Shown here: positions 31,231-42,401 of the stretch, piece after piece | Layout of the letters: each line of letters begins with the position of its first letter | Numbering within the stretch: position 1 is the stretch's first letter | NCBI GenBank assembly: GCA_008638165.1 | Contig: VTPL01000001.1 | Span: 1-60,711 of the forward strand | Length of the DNA stretch: 60,711 nucleotides | Source: Pelagibacteraceae bacterium | Lineage (GTDB): Bacteria > Pseudomonadota > Alphaproteobacteria > Pelagibacterales > Pelagibacteraceae | Reading direction: 5' to 3' | Notes under the pieces: generated by a model | What the model saw: only the letters and a program-made list of their open reading frames with translations | Told to the model about the DNA's origin: nothing | Databases searched by the model: none | Program-made: the position numbers and the translations under genes

Positions 31231-32116
31231 TTTTTAATAATTTTTTAAAATATTCTGGAAGCAATGCAGTGTAAGTATATTTCTTATCATTTATCATAAA
31301 TTTAATTTGATAAGAGTGTAACATTAAATTTTTATTTATTCCTTTGGCAAATTCTGAATTTCTGTATTTTGTATCACCAAATATCGAATGTCCAATCTCG
31401 TATAATTGTTTTCTTAATTGATGTTTTCTTCCTGTTATTGGTTTCATTTCTACTAATGAGCATAACGAGTTTTTGTCTATAACTCTAAATAAAGTTCTGG
31501 CTTTTTCTATAACTTTTTTTCCATTATCATAACGTATGAGATCACTTATCCATTCACCTTTATTTGACTCTAATTCACCATGGCAAATTGCAAGATAAGT
31601 TTTATGAACTTTTCTTAAACGAAAAAGTGAAGTCAATAATTGAGCTGTTTCTCTATTTTTAGCCATTATAAAAACACCAGAAGTATCCTTATCTAATCGG
31701 TGTACTGAATATGGTTTTGAGTTTTTAAAAACTTCACTTTTAGCAAAAATATCAACCAAATTTTTTTTTGATTTAGTGCCACCTTGAACTGATATTCCTG
31801 AATTTTTATTTAATACAATAAAATTTTCATTGTCATCTATTATTAGATTTTCATTTTCTTTAATCACTTGGTCTGTTGGCTGGTATTTAATTTTTTTTTG
31901 TGAAATATTTTCCTTAAAATCTAAATTAAATGTTTGAATTTCAAATCCGGTTTTTATTTTAAAGGAACTTTTGACTTTTTTATTATTAACCTTGATTTTT
32001 CCAGCTCTTAGATTTTTTTCAATAAGACTTTGTGGGATATTACCAAGTGTGTTTCTGATCCATCTATCTAATCGCATATCATTACATGTTTCATCAACGA
32101 TGTATGATTTTATCAT
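31205..32116 (-). CDS. rluC: RluA-family 23S rRNA pseudouridine synthase with S4 domain (RluC-like)
   Basis: RLDRW S4-like N-terminus, [23 protein letters not shown]. Confidence 0.85.
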   Translation of the reverse strand: MIKSYIVDETCNDMRLDRWIRNTLGNIPQSLIEKNLRAGKIKVNNKKVKSSFKIKTGFEIQTFNLDFKENISQKKIKYQPTDQVIKENENLIIDDNENFIVLNKNSGISVQGGTKSKKNLVDIFAKSEVFKNSKPYSVHRLDKDTSGVFIMAKNRETAQLLTSLFRLRKVHKTYLAICHGELESNKGEWISDLIRYDNGKKVIEKARTLFRVIDKNSLCSLVEMKPITGRKHQLRKQLYEIGHSIFGDTKYRNSEFAKGINKNLMLHSYQIKFMINDKKYTYTALLPEYFKKLLKIKRLNFSS

Positions 32117-32139
32117 TAACAGTTTATTTTTGAATTTAA

Positions 32140-32589
32140 CTATGCTGTAGCTGCAGTTTTTTCTTCGGTCTTTTTGTCAACTGGGCTTGCTGTTTTATCT
32201 TTTTTCTTTTTATCAACTCTCTTTGCTTCAACATCTCGATCTACAAATTCAATAATTGCCATAGGTGCATTATCACCATATCTAAATCCGGCTTTGATTA
32301 TTCTTGTATAACCACCATTTCTTTTCTCATATCTTTTAGATAAAGTTTTAGTTACTTTATTTGCAGATGTTACATCCTGTAGCTTTGAAACAAGCATTTT
32401 GGTTGTTTGTAAAGTTTCTTTTTTTCCAAGAGTAATAATTTTATCAGCTTGTGGCTTCAAAAATTTAGCTTTTGGTAATGTAGTCTTAATTTGCTCATAC
32501 TTAATTAGTGAATTAAGCATATTTTTCAGTAATGCTTTTCGGTGTTCAGAAGTTCTATTTAACTTCTTATTAGCCATTCCATGTCTCAT
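32140..32589 (-). CDS. rplQ: 50S ribosomal protein L17
   Basis: MRHG...HRKALL; RNGGYTRI; GDNAPMA. Confidence 0.98.
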   Translation of the reverse strand: MRHGMANKKLNRTSEHRKALLKNMLNSLIKYEQIKTTLPKAKFLKPQADKIITLGKKETLQTTKMLVSKLQDVTSANKVTKTLSKRYEKRNGGYTRIIKAGFRYGDNAPMAIIEFVDRDVEAKRVDKKKKDKTASPVDKKTEEKTAATA

Positions 32590-33617
32590 TAGATAGCTTC
32601 CTCTAGTTTTTTAGACATTTCTGCAATATTATCTGGTGGCCAGTTTGGTATTTCCATTCCAAGATATAAAGACATTCCAGTTAGAACTTCTTTAATTTCA
32701 TTGAGAGATTTTCTTCCAAAATTTGGTGTTCTCAACATTTCACCTTCAGATTTTTGAACAAGATCTCCAATATAAATAATATTATCATTTTTAAGACAAT
32801 TCATTGATCTTACAGAAAGTTCTAATTCATCAACTTTTCTTAATAAATTTTTATTAAATTCAGGTTCTGTTGATACTTCTTTAACTGGAGCTTCAACTGG
32901 TTCATCAAAATTAATAAACATTTTAAGTTGGTCTTGAAAAATTCTTGCAGAATATGCGACTGCATCTTCAGCAGAAATTGAACCATTTGTTTCAACTTCC
33001 ATGGTTAATTTGTCATAGTCTAGAGCTTTACCTTCCCTTGCTGTACTTACTGAGTAAGAAACTTTTTTTACAGGGCTATATAATGAGTCAATTGCAATTA
33101 ACCCTAATGGTGGTTCTTCTGGCTTATTTAAATCAGCAGGAACATATCCTTTACCTGTGTTAACATTCATTTCCATATGAAAATTAGTATTTTCATCTAG
33201 ATTACAAATAACTAAATCAGGATTTAAAATTTCTACATCAGCTACTGGTGTTATATCAGAAGCTTTAATTTCTCCCGGTCCTTTAGCATCTAAAATAAGT
33301 TTTTTTGTTCCTTCAGATGAGGACTTTAGAGCTAAAGATTTAACGTTTAAAACAATATCTGTTACATCTTCTCTAACACCTTTTATTGAAGTAAACTCAT
33401 GTAAAACACCATCAATTTGAATTGATGTTACAGCTGCACCTCTGATTGAGGATAGAAGAATTCTTCTTAAAGAGTTTCCTAATGTTAAACCATAACCTTT
33501 TTCTAATGGCTCAGCAATTATTTTTGCATGAGTAAGGTCATCACTAATTTTAACATCTAATTTACTAGGTTTAATTAATGATTTCCAATTTTTGACATTA
33601 ACATTTTCAGTTTCCAT
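32589..33617 (-). CDS. rpoA: RNA polymerase alpha subunit
   Basis: [17 protein letters not shown]; [11 protein letters not shown]; [10 protein letters not shown]. Confidence 0.99.
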   Translation of the reverse strand: METENVNVKNWKSLIKPSKLDVKISDDLTHAKIIAEPLEKGYGLTLGNSLRRILLSSIRGAAVTSIQIDGVLHEFTSIKGVREDVTDIVLNVKSLALKSSSEGTKKLILDAKGPGEIKASDITPVADVEILNPDLVICNLDENTNFHMEMNVNTGKGYVPADLNKPEEPPLGLIAIDSLYSPVKKVSYSVSTAREGKALDYDKLTMEVETNGSISAEDAVAYSARIFQDQLKMFINFDEPVEAPVKEVSTEPEFNKNLLRKVDELELSVRSMNCLKNDNIIYIGDLVQKSEGEMLRTPNFGRKSLNEIKEVLTGMSLYLGMEIPNWPPDNIAEMSKKLEEAI

Positions 33618-34066
33618 TAAACTCTCCTTTTTTTTGGTGGTCTTGTACCATTATGTGGCATTGGTGTTGTATCCTTTATAGATAAAATTTTAAAACCTCT
33701 AGCTTGTAGTGCCCTCAAAGCTGTTTCTCGACCAGATCCAGGACCTTTAACCTCTACTGATAAAGTTTTCATTCCATACTCTAAAGCTTTAGAAGCTGCT
33801 GCATCTGCAGCAATTTGAGCAGCATAAGGAGTTGATTTTCTTGATCCCTTAAAACCTTTTTGACCAGCAGATGCCCATGAAACTACATTTCCATTCGTAT
33901 CTGCTATTGAAATAATCGTATTGTTAAATGTTGATTGAACATAAGCAATACCATTTAAAATATTTTTTTTAATTTTCTTTTTTTTAGAATAAGAACTTTT
34001 ATTGGATTTTTTTGAAGATTTTTCTACCTTCTGATCTTTATTTTCTACTTTTTCTGTTTTAGCCAT
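33617..34066 (-). CDS. rpsK: 30S ribosomal protein S11
   Basis: [30 protein letters not shown]. Confidence 0.98.
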   Translation of the reverse strand: MAKTEKVENKDQKVEKSSKKSNKSSYSKKKKIKKNILNGIAYVQSTFNNTIISIADTNGNVVSWASAGQKGFKGSRKSTPYAAQIAADAAASKALEYGMKTLSVEVKGPGSGRETALRALQARGFKILSIKDTTPMPHNGTRPPKKRRV

Positions 34067-34068
34067 TA

Positions 34069-34452
34069 TTATTTTTTAGTTGGTGTTAATTTTTTTCCAG
34101 CAATAGCTATAGCTTTACCTTTTCTGGTTCTAGCATTACATCTTGTTCTTTGACCTCTTACAGGTAATTTTTTTCTATGTCTTGAACCTCTATAGCAAGC
34201 TAAATCAATAAGTCTTTTAATACTTAATGAATAGTCTCTTCTTAAATCACCTTCGACTTTAAAATTTTGATCGATGTATTCTCTAATTTTTAAAATTTCA
34301 TCATCAGTTAATTCATTCACTCTTTTTTGTTTCGGAATTTCTAATGAAGAACAAATTTGTTGAGAAAATTTATCACCAATTCCATAAATATAAGTTAAGC
34401 CTATATGAACAAGCTTATTTTGTGGAATGTTAATACCTGCGATACGAGCCAT
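34069..34452 (-). CDS. rpsM: 30S ribosomal protein S13
   Basis: [27 protein letters not shown]. Confidence 0.98.
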   Translation of the reverse strand: MARIAGINIPQNKLVHIGLTYIYGIGDKFSQQICSSLEIPKQKRVNELTDDEILKIREYIDQNFKVEGDLRRDYSLSIKRLIDLACYRGSRHRKKLPVRGQRTRCNARTRKGKAIAIAGKKLTPTKK

Positions 34453-34475
34453 AATATTTGTGATAAATTGTGCCT

Positions 34476-34503
34476 TTTATATAAGAAGTTCTTTCAAAGT
34501 CAA
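34476..34503 (-). promoter_or_regulatory. Putative promoter of rpsM-rpsK-rpoA-rplQ
   Basis: Minus strand TTGACT(34503-34498)-N16-TATAAA(34481-34476) in the 55-bp adk-rpsM gap. Confidence 0.6.
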
Positions 34504-34507
34504 CGGG

Positions 34508-35149
34508 TTAAACATTGATAAAAGTGTCAATTTTATTGGTTATTTCACCTATTTTAAGTGTTCCATCTATTTGATGAAAGAAACTTTTTTGTGCTAGAAA
34601 ATCAATCACCGGTTTTGTTGTTTCGGTATAAATATCATATCTATTCATTAAAGTTTCTGAATTATCATCTTTACGTCTGATAAAACGATCGGATCCACAA
34701 GGGTGCATTTCAATTTCTTTTTCATTAAAAAACTTATTTAACGTTGTATTGCATTTTTCACAGGTAACTCTGCCTTCAATTCTTTTTTCAATTACATCTC
34801 TAGGAACATGAAGGGATATAATTAGATCAATTTTTTGATTAAATTCTTTTAAAATAATATCTAAATTTTTTGATTGCTGAATTGTCCTTGGATATCCATC
34901 AAAAATTATTCTATCTCGAAATTTTAATTCTTTAATAGTGTTTTTAAGCAGTTCATTAACAATTTCATCGGAAACAAAATTGCCTTTAGAAATTTTTTCC
35001 TCAATTTGTTTGCCTAGATCGGTTTTTTTTTTAACTTCATCTCTTAGTAAATCACCTGTTGATAGTTGGAAATAATTATGCTTATCAACGATCTGCTGAG
35101 CCTGAGTACCTTTACCAGCACCAGGTGGACCAAATAGAATTATATTCAC
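34508..35149 (-). CDS. adk: Adenylate kinase
   Basis: GPPGAGKGTQ, STGDLLR, DGYPR, RKDD; GTG start. Confidence 0.97.
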   Translation of the reverse strand: MNIILFGPPGAGKGTQAQQIVDKHNYFQLSTGDLLRDEVKKKTDLGKQIEEKISKGNFVSDEIVNELLKNTIKELKFRDRIIFDGYPRTIQQSKNLDIILKEFNQKIDLIISLHVPRDVIEKRIEGRVTCEKCNTTLNKFFNEKEIEMHPCGSDRFIRRKDDNSETLMNRYDIYTETTKPVIDFLAQKSFFHQIDGTLKIGEITNKIDTFINV

Positions 35150-35156
35150 TTAGAAA

Positions 35157-36437
35157 TTATCTTCCGAATTTTGTTTTCTTAATTAGCTGCTCATATTGAG
35201 CGCTCATAAGTCTAGTTTGTATTTGAGTAACAGTGTCTATTGCAACTACCACAACAATTAAGATTGAAGCTCCTCCTAAATAAAATGGTATTGGATAATT
35301 AGCAATCAAAAACTCTGGCATTAAACAAACTAACGTTAAATATAATGCACCTATTGTTGTAAGTTTTGTTGAAATATTTTGAATATATATAGCTGTGCTT
35401 TCACCTGGTCTAATACCTGGTACAAAGCCACCATATTTTCTTAAATTATCAGCAGTTTCAGTTGGATTAAATGTTATTGAAACATAGAAAAATGTAAAAA
35501 AGATTATCCCAGATGCATAAAGCAACATATAAAGTGGTTGTCCTTGAGTAAAATATGAACTCAAATTTAAAAATGTTTCATTATCTGAAAAACTAAAATT
35601 AGAAAAAGTTACTGGTAATAATAAAAGTGCTGAAGCAAAAATTGCCGGTATCACACCTGCTTGATTAATTTTTAATGGTAAGTGTGATGACTCTCCACCA
35701 TACATTTTATTACCCATTTGTCTTTTGGGATAATTGATTAATATTTTACGTAATGCTCTCTCCATAAATACAACAAAGAGAATAGTTAAAACTAATAAAA
35801 CAAATATTGCTAAAATCATTAATGTTGAAACTGCACCAGTTCTACCTAACTCAAAAGTAGTTACCAATGCTCTAGGAATTTCAGCAACGATACCAGCAAA
35901 AATTATCAATGAAATTCCATTACCAATTCCTCTTTGTGTTATTTGTTCACCAAGCCACATTAAAAAAATTGTTCCAGCAACTATTGTTGTTACTGTTGAG
36001 ATTTTAAAAAATAAACCCGGATTTATAACTAAATTAGCTGAAGACTCTAATCCAACAGATAGCCCATACCCCTGAACTGTAGCTAATAATACTGTACCAT
36101 ATCTCGTTATTTGAGTAATTTTTGCTCTACCCGTCTCTCCTTGAGCTTTTAAGTTTTTAAAGTAATCTGATACGCCAGTTAACAATTGAACGATAATAGC
36201 AGATGAAATATATGGCATAATTCCCAATGCGAATATTGCCATTCTACTAACTGCACCACCTGCAAAAACGTTAAACATTCCAAGTAATCCCTTTTGATTA
36301 CTTTCCATTAGTATTTTAAGTTGCTCTGGATCTATGCCTGGTAATGGAACAAACGTTCCAAATCTATAAACAGCAAGAATACCGATGGTAAAAAGTATTC
36401 GATTTCTTAAATCAATTGAGGAAGATGATGAGCTCAT
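35157..36437 (-). CDS. secY: Preprotein translocase SecY
   Basis: ALGIMPYISS, WLGEQIT..GIGNG, AGVIPAIFA, IRPG. Confidence 0.98.
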   Translation of the reverse strand: MSSSSSSIDLRNRILFTIGILAVYRFGTFVPLPGIDPEQLKILMESNQKGLLGMFNVFAGGAVSRMAIFALGIMPYISSAIIVQLLTGVSDYFKNLKAQGETGRAKITQITRYGTVLLATVQGYGLSVGLESSANLVINPGLFFKISTVTTIVAGTIFLMWLGEQITQRGIGNGISLIIFAGIVAEIPRALVTTFELGRTGAVSTLMILAIFVLLVLTILFVVFMERALRKILINYPKRQMGNKMYGGESSHLPLKINQAGVIPAIFASALLLLPVTFSNFSFSDNETFLNLSSYFTQGQPLYMLLYASGIIFFTFFYVSITFNPTETADNLRKYGGFVPGIRPGESTAIYIQNISTKLTTIGALYLTLVCLMPEFLIANYPIPFYLGGASILIVVVVAIDTVTQIQTRLMSAQYEQLIKKTKFGR

Positions 36438-36448
36438 ATTTCAATGAT

Positions 36449-36904
36449 TTATTTTTTCAGTTGAATTGATCCACCAATTTTTTCTAATTTTTCAACAGCA
36501 GATTTTGAGGCAAGATTAGCTTCGATGTTAACTTTGTCTTTAATTTCACCTGTACCTAAAATTTTTAATTTTGTTGAGTTTTTGTTAATTAATTTAAGTT
36601 TTTTCAAAGTTTCAGTATTGATGAGCTCTGAACCGTTAAGTGTTTTGTTATCAATGTATGATTGAATTTTCTCTAGATTTAAAATTGCAACTTTTTCTGT
36701 AGATATTGAATTAAAACCTCTTTTAGGTAAACGTCTATACAAAGGCATTTGTCCACCTTCGAAACTTTTTATAGCAACTCCTGATCTAGACTTTTGACCT
36801 TTAACCCCTCTGCCACAAGTTTTTCCTTTACCAGAACCAATACCTCTACCAACTCTTATTTTAGGTTTATTAATTTTTTCTCTATTATTTAGTTGTGTTG
36901 TCAT
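36449..36904 (-). CDS. rplO: 50S ribosomal protein L15
   Basis: RVGRGIGSGKGKT; FEGGQMPL.RRLPKRGF. Confidence 0.98.
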   Translation of the reverse strand: MTTQLNNREKINKPKIRVGRGIGSGKGKTCGRGVKGQKSRSGVAIKSFEGGQMPLYRRLPKRGFNSISTEKVAILNLEKIQSYIDNKTLNGSELINTETLKKLKLINKNSTKLKILGTGEIKDKVNIEANLASKSAVEKLEKIGGSIQLKK

Positions 36905-37419
36905 TAGCCTCTTTTTTCAATTATTTCTGATATTTTTTTATTTCTTATAGCCGAAATTTGTTTTGGTGAGTTTTGTTTTAATAAAGCTTTCATTGTTGCT
37001 CTAATAACATTGTGAGCATTTGAAGTTCCCATTGATTTTGCAACAATATCTTTAACACCTAAAACTTCACAAACAGCTCGTACTGGACCACCTGCAATTA
37101 TACCTGTACCTTTAGATGCAGCTCTTAACACAATTCTACCAGATCCATCTTTAGCTTTTACGTCGTGATGAATAGTTCTTCCCTCTCTTAATGGGATGTG
37201 AATTAATTTTCTTCTAGCCATTTCATTCGCTTTTTTAATAGCATCTGGCACTTGTTTTGCCTTAGCATGAGCTATACCAATTCTACCAGCTTGATTACCA
37301 ACAACAACCAAGGCTGAAAATCCAAATCTTCTACCACCCTTTACTACTTTAGTAATTCTATTTATATGAACTAGTTTTTCTAAAATATCGTCAGTTTTTT
37401 TATCTTTATTATTATCCAT
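36904..37419 (-). CDS. rpsE: 30S ribosomal protein S5
   Basis: KVVKGGRRF; GTGIIAGG. Confidence 0.98.
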   Translation of the reverse strand: MDNNKDKKTDDILEKLVHINRITKVVKGGRRFGFSALVVVGNQAGRIGIAHAKAKQVPDAIKKANEMARRKLIHIPLREGRTIHHDVKAKDGSGRIVLRAASKGTGIIAGGPVRAVCEVLGVKDIVAKSMGTSNAHNVIRATMKALLKQNSPKQISAIRNKKISEIIEKRG

Positions 37420-37421
37420 GA

Positions 37422-37778
37422 TTAAAATTCCATTCCATTTTTACGTAAAGTTTCTGCAAATACTTTTACCCTACCGTGGTATTTATAAACCCCTCTATCA
37501 AAAAATATTTTTGATATTTTCTTTTCTTGAGCTTTCTTTGCAAGTTTTTCTGCTACTATTTTAGAAAGTTCAGTTTTATTTACTTTTGAGCCTGATTTAA
37601 TATCTTTTTCAACAGAAGAAGCAGACAATAATGTTATATTTTTAGTATCATCAATGATCTGAGCAGAAATATTTTTTGCAGATCTTGAAATACACAATCT
37701 AAATCTATCTTTAGGTGCAACTCTTTTAACTTTGTTACTAACTCTAAAACGTTTTCTTATTCCTGTAGTTAATTTCAT
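37422..37778 (-). CDS. rplR: 50S ribosomal protein L18
   Basis: AQIIDD; FDRG.YKYHGRV. Confidence 0.97.
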   Translation of the reverse strand: MKLTTGIRKRFRVSNKVKRVAPKDRFRLCISRSAKNISAQIIDDTKNITLLSASSVEKDIKSGSKVNKTELSKIVAEKLAKKAQEKKISKIFFDRGVYKYHGRVKVFAETLRKNGMEF

Positions 37779-38317
37779 TATTTTTTCTTTCCTTCTTTTT
37801 TAAGGACATATTGACCTTTTTCTCTAATCCCTTTTCCTTTATAGGGTTCGATTTTTCTAAATGTTTTAATTTTAGAAGCAACAACACCGACTAACTGCTT
37901 ATCTGAGCCAGAAATTTTTAAAGTAGTTTGTTTTTCTACAGCTATTTTAATTCCTTCAGGGATATCAAAATCTATGTCATGGCTGTAGCCAAGTTGTAGA
38001 TTTAACTGATTGCCTTTTAATGCAGCTCTGTATCCAACACCAACCAATTCCAATGTTTTTTCATAACCTGTGCTTGAACCTATTACGGCATTATTTATTA
38101 AACTTCTGTTCATGCCCCAAAGTCTTTTAGTATTTTGATCAATTTTTTTAGGCTTAATTGAAATTTCTTTTCCGTCTTTAATATCTAAATTGAACATATC
38201 TAAATCTATATCCAAAGATTTTTTTCCTAATGGACCCTCAATATTTAAAATATTGCCAGCTAAAACAACTTTAACTTTATCAGGAATTGCAATGTTAATT
38301 TTACCAATTTTTGACAT
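37778..38317 (-). CDS. rplF: 50S ribosomal protein L6
   Basis: GVGYRA; EPYKGKGI; KEGKKK. Confidence 0.98.
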   Translation of the reverse strand: MSKIGKINIAIPDKVKVVLAGNILNIEGPLGKKSLDIDLDMFNLDIKDGKEISIKPKKIDQNTKRLWGMNRSLINNAVIGSSTGYEKTLELVGVGYRAALKGNQLNLQLGYSHDIDFDIPEGIKIAVEKQTTLKISGSDKQLVGVVASKIKTFRKIEPYKGKGIREKGQYVLKKEGKKK

Positions 38318-38319
38318 AA

Positions 38320-38715
38320 TTAAAATACCTTACAGATTATTTCTCCACCCACTTTTTGTTTTCTTGCATCAATGTCTGTCATAACACCTTTTGGTGTAGA
38401 TACGATTGCAATACCTAAACCATTATTGATTTTAGGCAAACTATCAGCACTTGAAAATATTCTTCTTCCTGGTTTTGATACTCTTTCAAAGTTACTGATT
38501 ACTGGATTTCCAGAATGATATTTAAGTTCTAAGGATAAAACTGGTTTCTTATTTTCTTCTGTAATTTTAAAATCTTTTATAAATCCTTCATTTTTCAGTA
38601 TATCAGCAATTTTAGATTTAAAATTTGATGATGGTAATTCTACTTTTTTATGGTTCCTAGCTTGAGCATTTTTTACTCTTGCTATCATATCTCCAATTGG
38701 GTCACTTAAACTCAT
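38320..38715 (-). CDS. rpsH: 30S ribosomal protein S8
   Basis: DPIGDM; SKPGRR; STPKG; GGE. Confidence 0.98.
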   Translation of the reverse strand: MSLSDPIGDMIARVKNAQARNHKKVELPSSNFKSKIADILKNEGFIKDFKITEENKKPVLSLELKYHSGNPVISNFERVSKPGRRIFSSADSLPKINNGLGIAIVSTPKGVMTDIDARKQKVGGEIICKVF

Positions 38716-38728
38716 ATAATCCTTTCTA

Positions 38729-39034
38729 CTACCAACTTGATTTAACTAAACCTGGTATCTTTCCTTGCAATCCAAGTTGTCTTAATGCAATTCTAGATAT
38801 CTTTAATTTTCTGTAAACACCATGAGGTCTTCCTGTAATCTGACAACGATTCATTACTCTATTTTTAGCTGAGTTTCTCGGCAACTTAGACAATTTTTGC
38901 TGTGCCTTGAATCTTTCCTCTAAAGGAAGTTTCTTGTCCATAACAATTTTTTTTAATTTTTCTCTTTTTTTATAAAACTTATCTGCAAGTTTTATTCTTT
39001 TATTATTTTTGTTAATTGAACTCAGTTTAGCCAT
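38729..39034 (-). CDS. rpsN: 30S ribosomal protein S14 (long, zinc-independent type)
   Basis: LPRNS; NRCQITGRP; PGLVKSSW. Confidence 0.98.
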   Translation of the reverse strand: MAKLSSINKNNKRIKLADKFYKKREKLKKIVMDKKLPLEERFKAQQKLSKLPRNSAKNRVMNRCQITGRPHGVYRKLKISRIALRQLGLQGKIPGLVKSSW

Positions 39035-39036
39035 TC

Positions 39037-39591
39037 TTAATTTTCTCCTTTTTTAATAAATGGGAAATTCATTTTTTCTAATAAAGCAAAGCTATGATCT
39101 TTACTTTGCGAAGATATGACGATTACTATATCTAAACCTCTAACTTTATCAGCTCTATCAAAACTCACTTCTGGAAAAATAATATGCTCTTTAACACCAA
39201 AAGTGTAATTTCCAAATTTATCAAATCCATTTGCAGATAAACCTCTAAAATCTTTAATTCTAGGTAATGCAATGTTCACTAATCTGTCTAAGAACTCATA
39301 CATTTTATTTTTTCTTAGAGTAACTTTTAAACCTGCATTAGTTCCTTTTCTTGTTTTGAAATTTGCTACTGATTTTTTAAATTTTGTAATCACTGGTTTT
39401 TGGCCAGTAATTTTAGCCATATCCTCTTCACATGATTTTAAAATTTTAGCATCGTTACCATCAAGGCCTAACCCCATATTAAGAACAATTTTTTCAATTT
39501 TTGGAGTCATATAAATATTTTTTAATCCAAACTGATTTTTTAATGCAGGTTGAATTTCTTTAAAAAATAGTTCTTTTAATCTTGGTGTCAT
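39037..39591 (-). CDS. rplE: 50S ribosomal protein L5
   Basis: ITGQKP; LPRIKDFRG; IIFPE. Confidence 0.98.
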   Translation of the reverse strand: MTPRLKELFFKEIQPALKNQFGLKNIYMTPKIEKIVLNMGLGLDGNDAKILKSCEEDMAKITGQKPVITKFKKSVANFKTRKGTNAGLKVTLRKNKMYEFLDRLVNIALPRIKDFRGLSANGFDKFGNYTFGVKEHIIFPEVSFDRADKVRGLDIVIVISSQSKDHSFALLEKMNFPFIKKGEN

Positions 39592-39839
39592 TATTTTTTA
39601 GCTTCTGTTTTTTTAGCTGAGTTTTTATCTTCAACTAGTTTTAAATTTGAAATATGTATAAATCCTTCTTTTGAAACTATTCCACCTTTTTTTTCTTTAG
39701 TTGTTTTAATATGTTTTTTAACCATATTTATTTCTTTAACTTTCGCTCTATTATTGGGTCTATCAATTTCAATGACTTCACCCTCTTTTTTTTTATCCTT
39801 ACCAGTTAAAACAACAACTTTAAGTCCTTTTTTAATCAT
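39591..39839 (-). CDS. rplX: 50S ribosomal protein L24 (short)
   Basis: KOW-like GKDK..G; KKH.K; IHISN; position between rplN and rplE. Confidence 0.93.
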   Translation of the reverse strand: MIKKGLKVVVLTGKDKKKEGEVIEIDRPNNRAKVKEINMVKKHIKTTKEKKGGIVSKEGFIHISNLKLVEDKNSAKKTEAKK

Positions 39840-40207
39840 TATAATACCTCTGGTGCCAATGAAATTATTTTCATCTGACCTCTATTTCTTAATTCTCTTG
39901 TTACAGGACCAAATATTCTAGTTCCTACTGGTTCACCTTTGTCATCTACTAAAACTGCAGCATTGTTATCAAATTTTACTTTAGAACCATCATCTCTGTG
40001 AATACCTTTTTTTACTCTCACAACAACGGCTTTATGAACTGATCCTTTTTTAACCTTACCTTTTGGTATTGCTTCTTTAACAGCGATAACAATTGTGTCA
40101 CCAATACTAGCATAACGTCTCTTAGATCCACCTAGCACTTTAATACACTCAATTCTTTTTGCACCAGTGTTATCAGCAACTTGTAATTCTGTTTGAACTT
40201 GAATCAT
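39839..40207 (-). CDS. rplN: 50S ribosomal protein L14
   Basis: MIQ...VADNTGA; GTRIFGPV; SLAPEVL. Confidence 0.99.
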   Translation of the reverse strand: MIQVQTELQVADNTGAKRIECIKVLGGSKRRYASIGDTIVIAVKEAIPKGKVKKGSVHKAVVVRVKKGIHRDDGSKVKFDNNAAVLVDDKGEPVGTRIFGPVTRELRNRGQMKIISLAPEVL

Positions 40208-40443
40208 TATTTTGTGTTCTCCATAACTTGAAATTTTTTATTTTTTGAAAAAGGCTTACTCTCAATTATTGAAACTTTATCACCATTTTTAAACTTATTA
40301 TTTTCATCGTGTGCATTATATTTTTTTCTAACTTTAATTACTTTTTTCAATACAGGATGAGAAAATTTTCTTTCAACCATTACTGTTATAGTTTTGTTTG
40401 GTTTATCGCTTACCACTATTCCTGTTAAAATTTTTTTAGGCAT
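40207..40443 (-). CDS. rpsQ: 30S ribosomal protein S17
   Basis: G.VVSDK..KTI.V; AHDE; GD.V.I.E.KP.SK.K. Confidence 0.97.
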   Translation of the reverse strand: MPKKILTGIVVSDKPNKTITVMVERKFSHPVLKKVIKVRKKYNAHDENNKFKNGDKVSIIESKPFSKNKKFQVMENTK

Positions 40444-40627
40444 TTAATTTTTCCTTTAAAGTTGTTTTTAATCTAGCAATAGTTTTTTTTGTTTCACCTA
40501 TCTTAGCTGGATTTGTTATCTGGGAGTTAATTTTTTGAAATCTAAAATTAAATAAATCTTTTTTCAATTTATCAATATTTTTCAAAATTTCGTCCTTAGA
40601 TAATTTTTTAATTTCTTGTTTTTTCAT
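40436..40627 (-). CDS. rpmC: 50S ribosomal protein L29
   Basis: LFNFRFQ; KKTIARLKT; operon position. Confidence 0.95.
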   Translation of the reverse strand: MKKQEIKKLSKDEILKNIDKLKKDLFNFRFQKINSQITNPAKIGETKKTIARLKTTLKEKLNA

Positions 40628-41037
40628 TATGCTAATCTTTTAATCGTTTTTGTTTTAATAGGTAACTTTGCAGATGCTTTATATAAAGCCTCTTTTGCGA
40701 TTTGTTCAGATACACCATCAACTTCAAACAAAATTCTTCCTGGTTTTACTCTACACGCATAGTATTCAGGTGATCCTTTACCTTTACCCATTCTTACTTC
40801 AATTGGTTTTTTTGAAACTGGAATGTTTGGAAATACTCTTGTCCAAACTCTACCTTGTCTTTTCATATGCCTTGTTAAAGCAACTCTTGCAGCTTCTATT
40901 TGTTTACCAGTTACTCTTTCAGGTGACATAGCTTTTAAAGCGTAAGCACCATAGTTAATAAAGTTAGCTCTAGAAGCATTCCCGTGGATTCTTCCTTTAT
41001 GAGCTTTTCTCCATTTTGTTCTGACTGGTTGTAACAT
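40627..41037 (-). CDS. rplP: 50S ribosomal protein L16
   Basis: QIEAAR; RMGKGKG; KLP. Confidence 0.98.
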   Translation of the reverse strand: MLQPVRTKWRKAHKGRIHGNASRANFINYGAYALKAMSPERVTGKQIEAARVALTRHMKRQGRVWTRVFPNIPVSKKPIEVRMGKGKGSPEYYACRVKPGRILFEVDGVSEQIAKEALYKASAKLPIKTKTIKRLA

Positions 41038-41038
41038 T

Positions 41039-41719
41039 TTATTCTTTAGCCTCTTTAGGTGTTACTTTGTTTGTTTCTTGACTGAATTCTTTAGCAAAAA
41101 CCTCACCTTTGTAGATCCATACTTTAATACCGATGATACCGTATGTTGTTAAAGCTTCTGCTTCTGCATAATCAATATCTGCTCTCAATGTGTGAGAAGG
41201 TATACTACCATCTCTTAACCATTCAGTTCTTGCGATTTCATTACCACCAAGTCTTCCACTGATAGAAACTTTTATTCCTTTAGCGCCTAGTCTAATACAA
41301 GATTGCATGGCTCTTTTCATCGCTCTTCTGTAGGAAATTCTTTTTACTAATTGTTGTGCAATATTTTCTGCAACTAAATAAGCATTAGTTTCAGGTTTTT
41401 TAACTTCTTTAATATTTAATGTGACTTCATTTTTTGTAAATTTAGATAAATTATTTTTAATCTTATCGATATCACTACCTTTTTTTCCAATTACAAATCC
41501 AGGTCTTGAAGTATAGATTGTAACATAACATTTGTTGGAAGTTCTCTCGATCATTACCTTAGAAACGCCAGAGTTAATTACATTTTTTTTAATATACTCT
41601 CTTATTTTAAAGTCTTCGATTAAGTAATTTCCAAAATCTTTTTTCTTAGCATACCAAACCGAGTCCCAACCTCTGTTCACACCTAATCTAAAACCTACTG
41701 GATTAACCTTTTGTCCCAT
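41039..41719 (-). CDS. rpsC: 30S ribosomal protein S3
   Basis: [13 protein letters not shown]; [10 protein letters not shown]; TLRADIDY. Confidence 0.99.
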   Translation of the reverse strand: MGQKVNPVGFRLGVNRGWDSVWYAKKKDFGNYLIEDFKIREYIKKNVINSGVSKVMIERTSNKCYVTIYTSRPGFVIGKKGSDIDKIKNNLSKFTKNEVTLNIKEVKKPETNAYLVAENIAQQLVKRISYRRAMKRAMQSCIRLGAKGIKVSISGRLGGNEIARTEWLRDGSIPSHTLRADIDYAEAEALTTYGIIGIKVWIYKGEVFAKEFSQETNKVTPKEAKE

Positions 41720-42101
41720 GACTCTCCATTTTTTTTGACTCTGATAATATTATCGTAACACTTGAATAAGGTTTTAGAATTGGAGCAGCTCTACCTTTGG
41801 CTCTTGGTCTAAATCTTTTCATGGTTATTTTTTTTCCACAATACGCTTCTTTAACAATTAGATTGTCTATATCGTACTGATAATTATTCTCAGCATTTGC
41901 AACAGCCGAACTAATAGTTTTTCTAATATCTTTTGTAATTCTTTTTTCTGAAAACTGTAAATCTCTAATAGCTACATCTACTTTTTTTCCAACAATACCT
42001 TTTAAAATTGGATTTAGCTTTCTAACACTTGATCTAATATTGTTATTTATAGATCTAACTGTTTTATCCTTGCTTTTATCTATTTTCTTTTTCTTACTCA
42101 T
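41703..42101 (-). CDS. rplV: 50S ribosomal protein L22
   Basis: SAVANAENN; [11 protein letters not shown]. Confidence 0.97.
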   Translation of the reverse strand: MSKKKKIDKSKDKTVRSINNNIRSSVRKLNPILKGIVGKKVDVAIRDLQFSEKRITKDIRKTISSAVANAENNYQYDIDNLIVKEAYCGKKITMKRFRPRAKGRAAPILKPYSSVTIILSESKKMESHGTKG

Positions 42102-42104
42102 AGT

Positions 42105-42398
42105 TTATTTTTTTGCCTCAGCAGGTTTTGCTTTTTTATCAGCAGGTGTATGACCAAAAAAAGTTCTAGTTGGTGCAAATTCTCCTAATTTATGACCTAC
42201 CATATCCTCAGAAACTGTGATTGGAATAAATTTTTTTCCATTATAAATCAAAAAACTAACTCCAACGAAATCTGGAATAATAGTTGATTTTCTAGACCAA
42301 GTTTTAATTGGAATTTTTTTTGGATCTGCTTTGTATTTATCAACTTTATTCATCAAGCTCTCTTCAACAAACGGTCCTTTCCAAACTGATCTAGCCAT
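42105..42398 (-). CDS. rpsS: 30S ribosomal protein S19
   Basis: RSVWKGPF; TWSR; [11 protein letters not shown]. Confidence 0.99.
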   Translation of the reverse strand: MARSVWKGPFVEESLMNKVDKYKADPKKIPIKTWSRKSTIIPDFVGVSFLIYNGKKFIPITVSEDMVGHKLGEFAPTRTFFGHTPADKKAKPAEAKK

Positions 42399-42401
42399 TA
42401 T

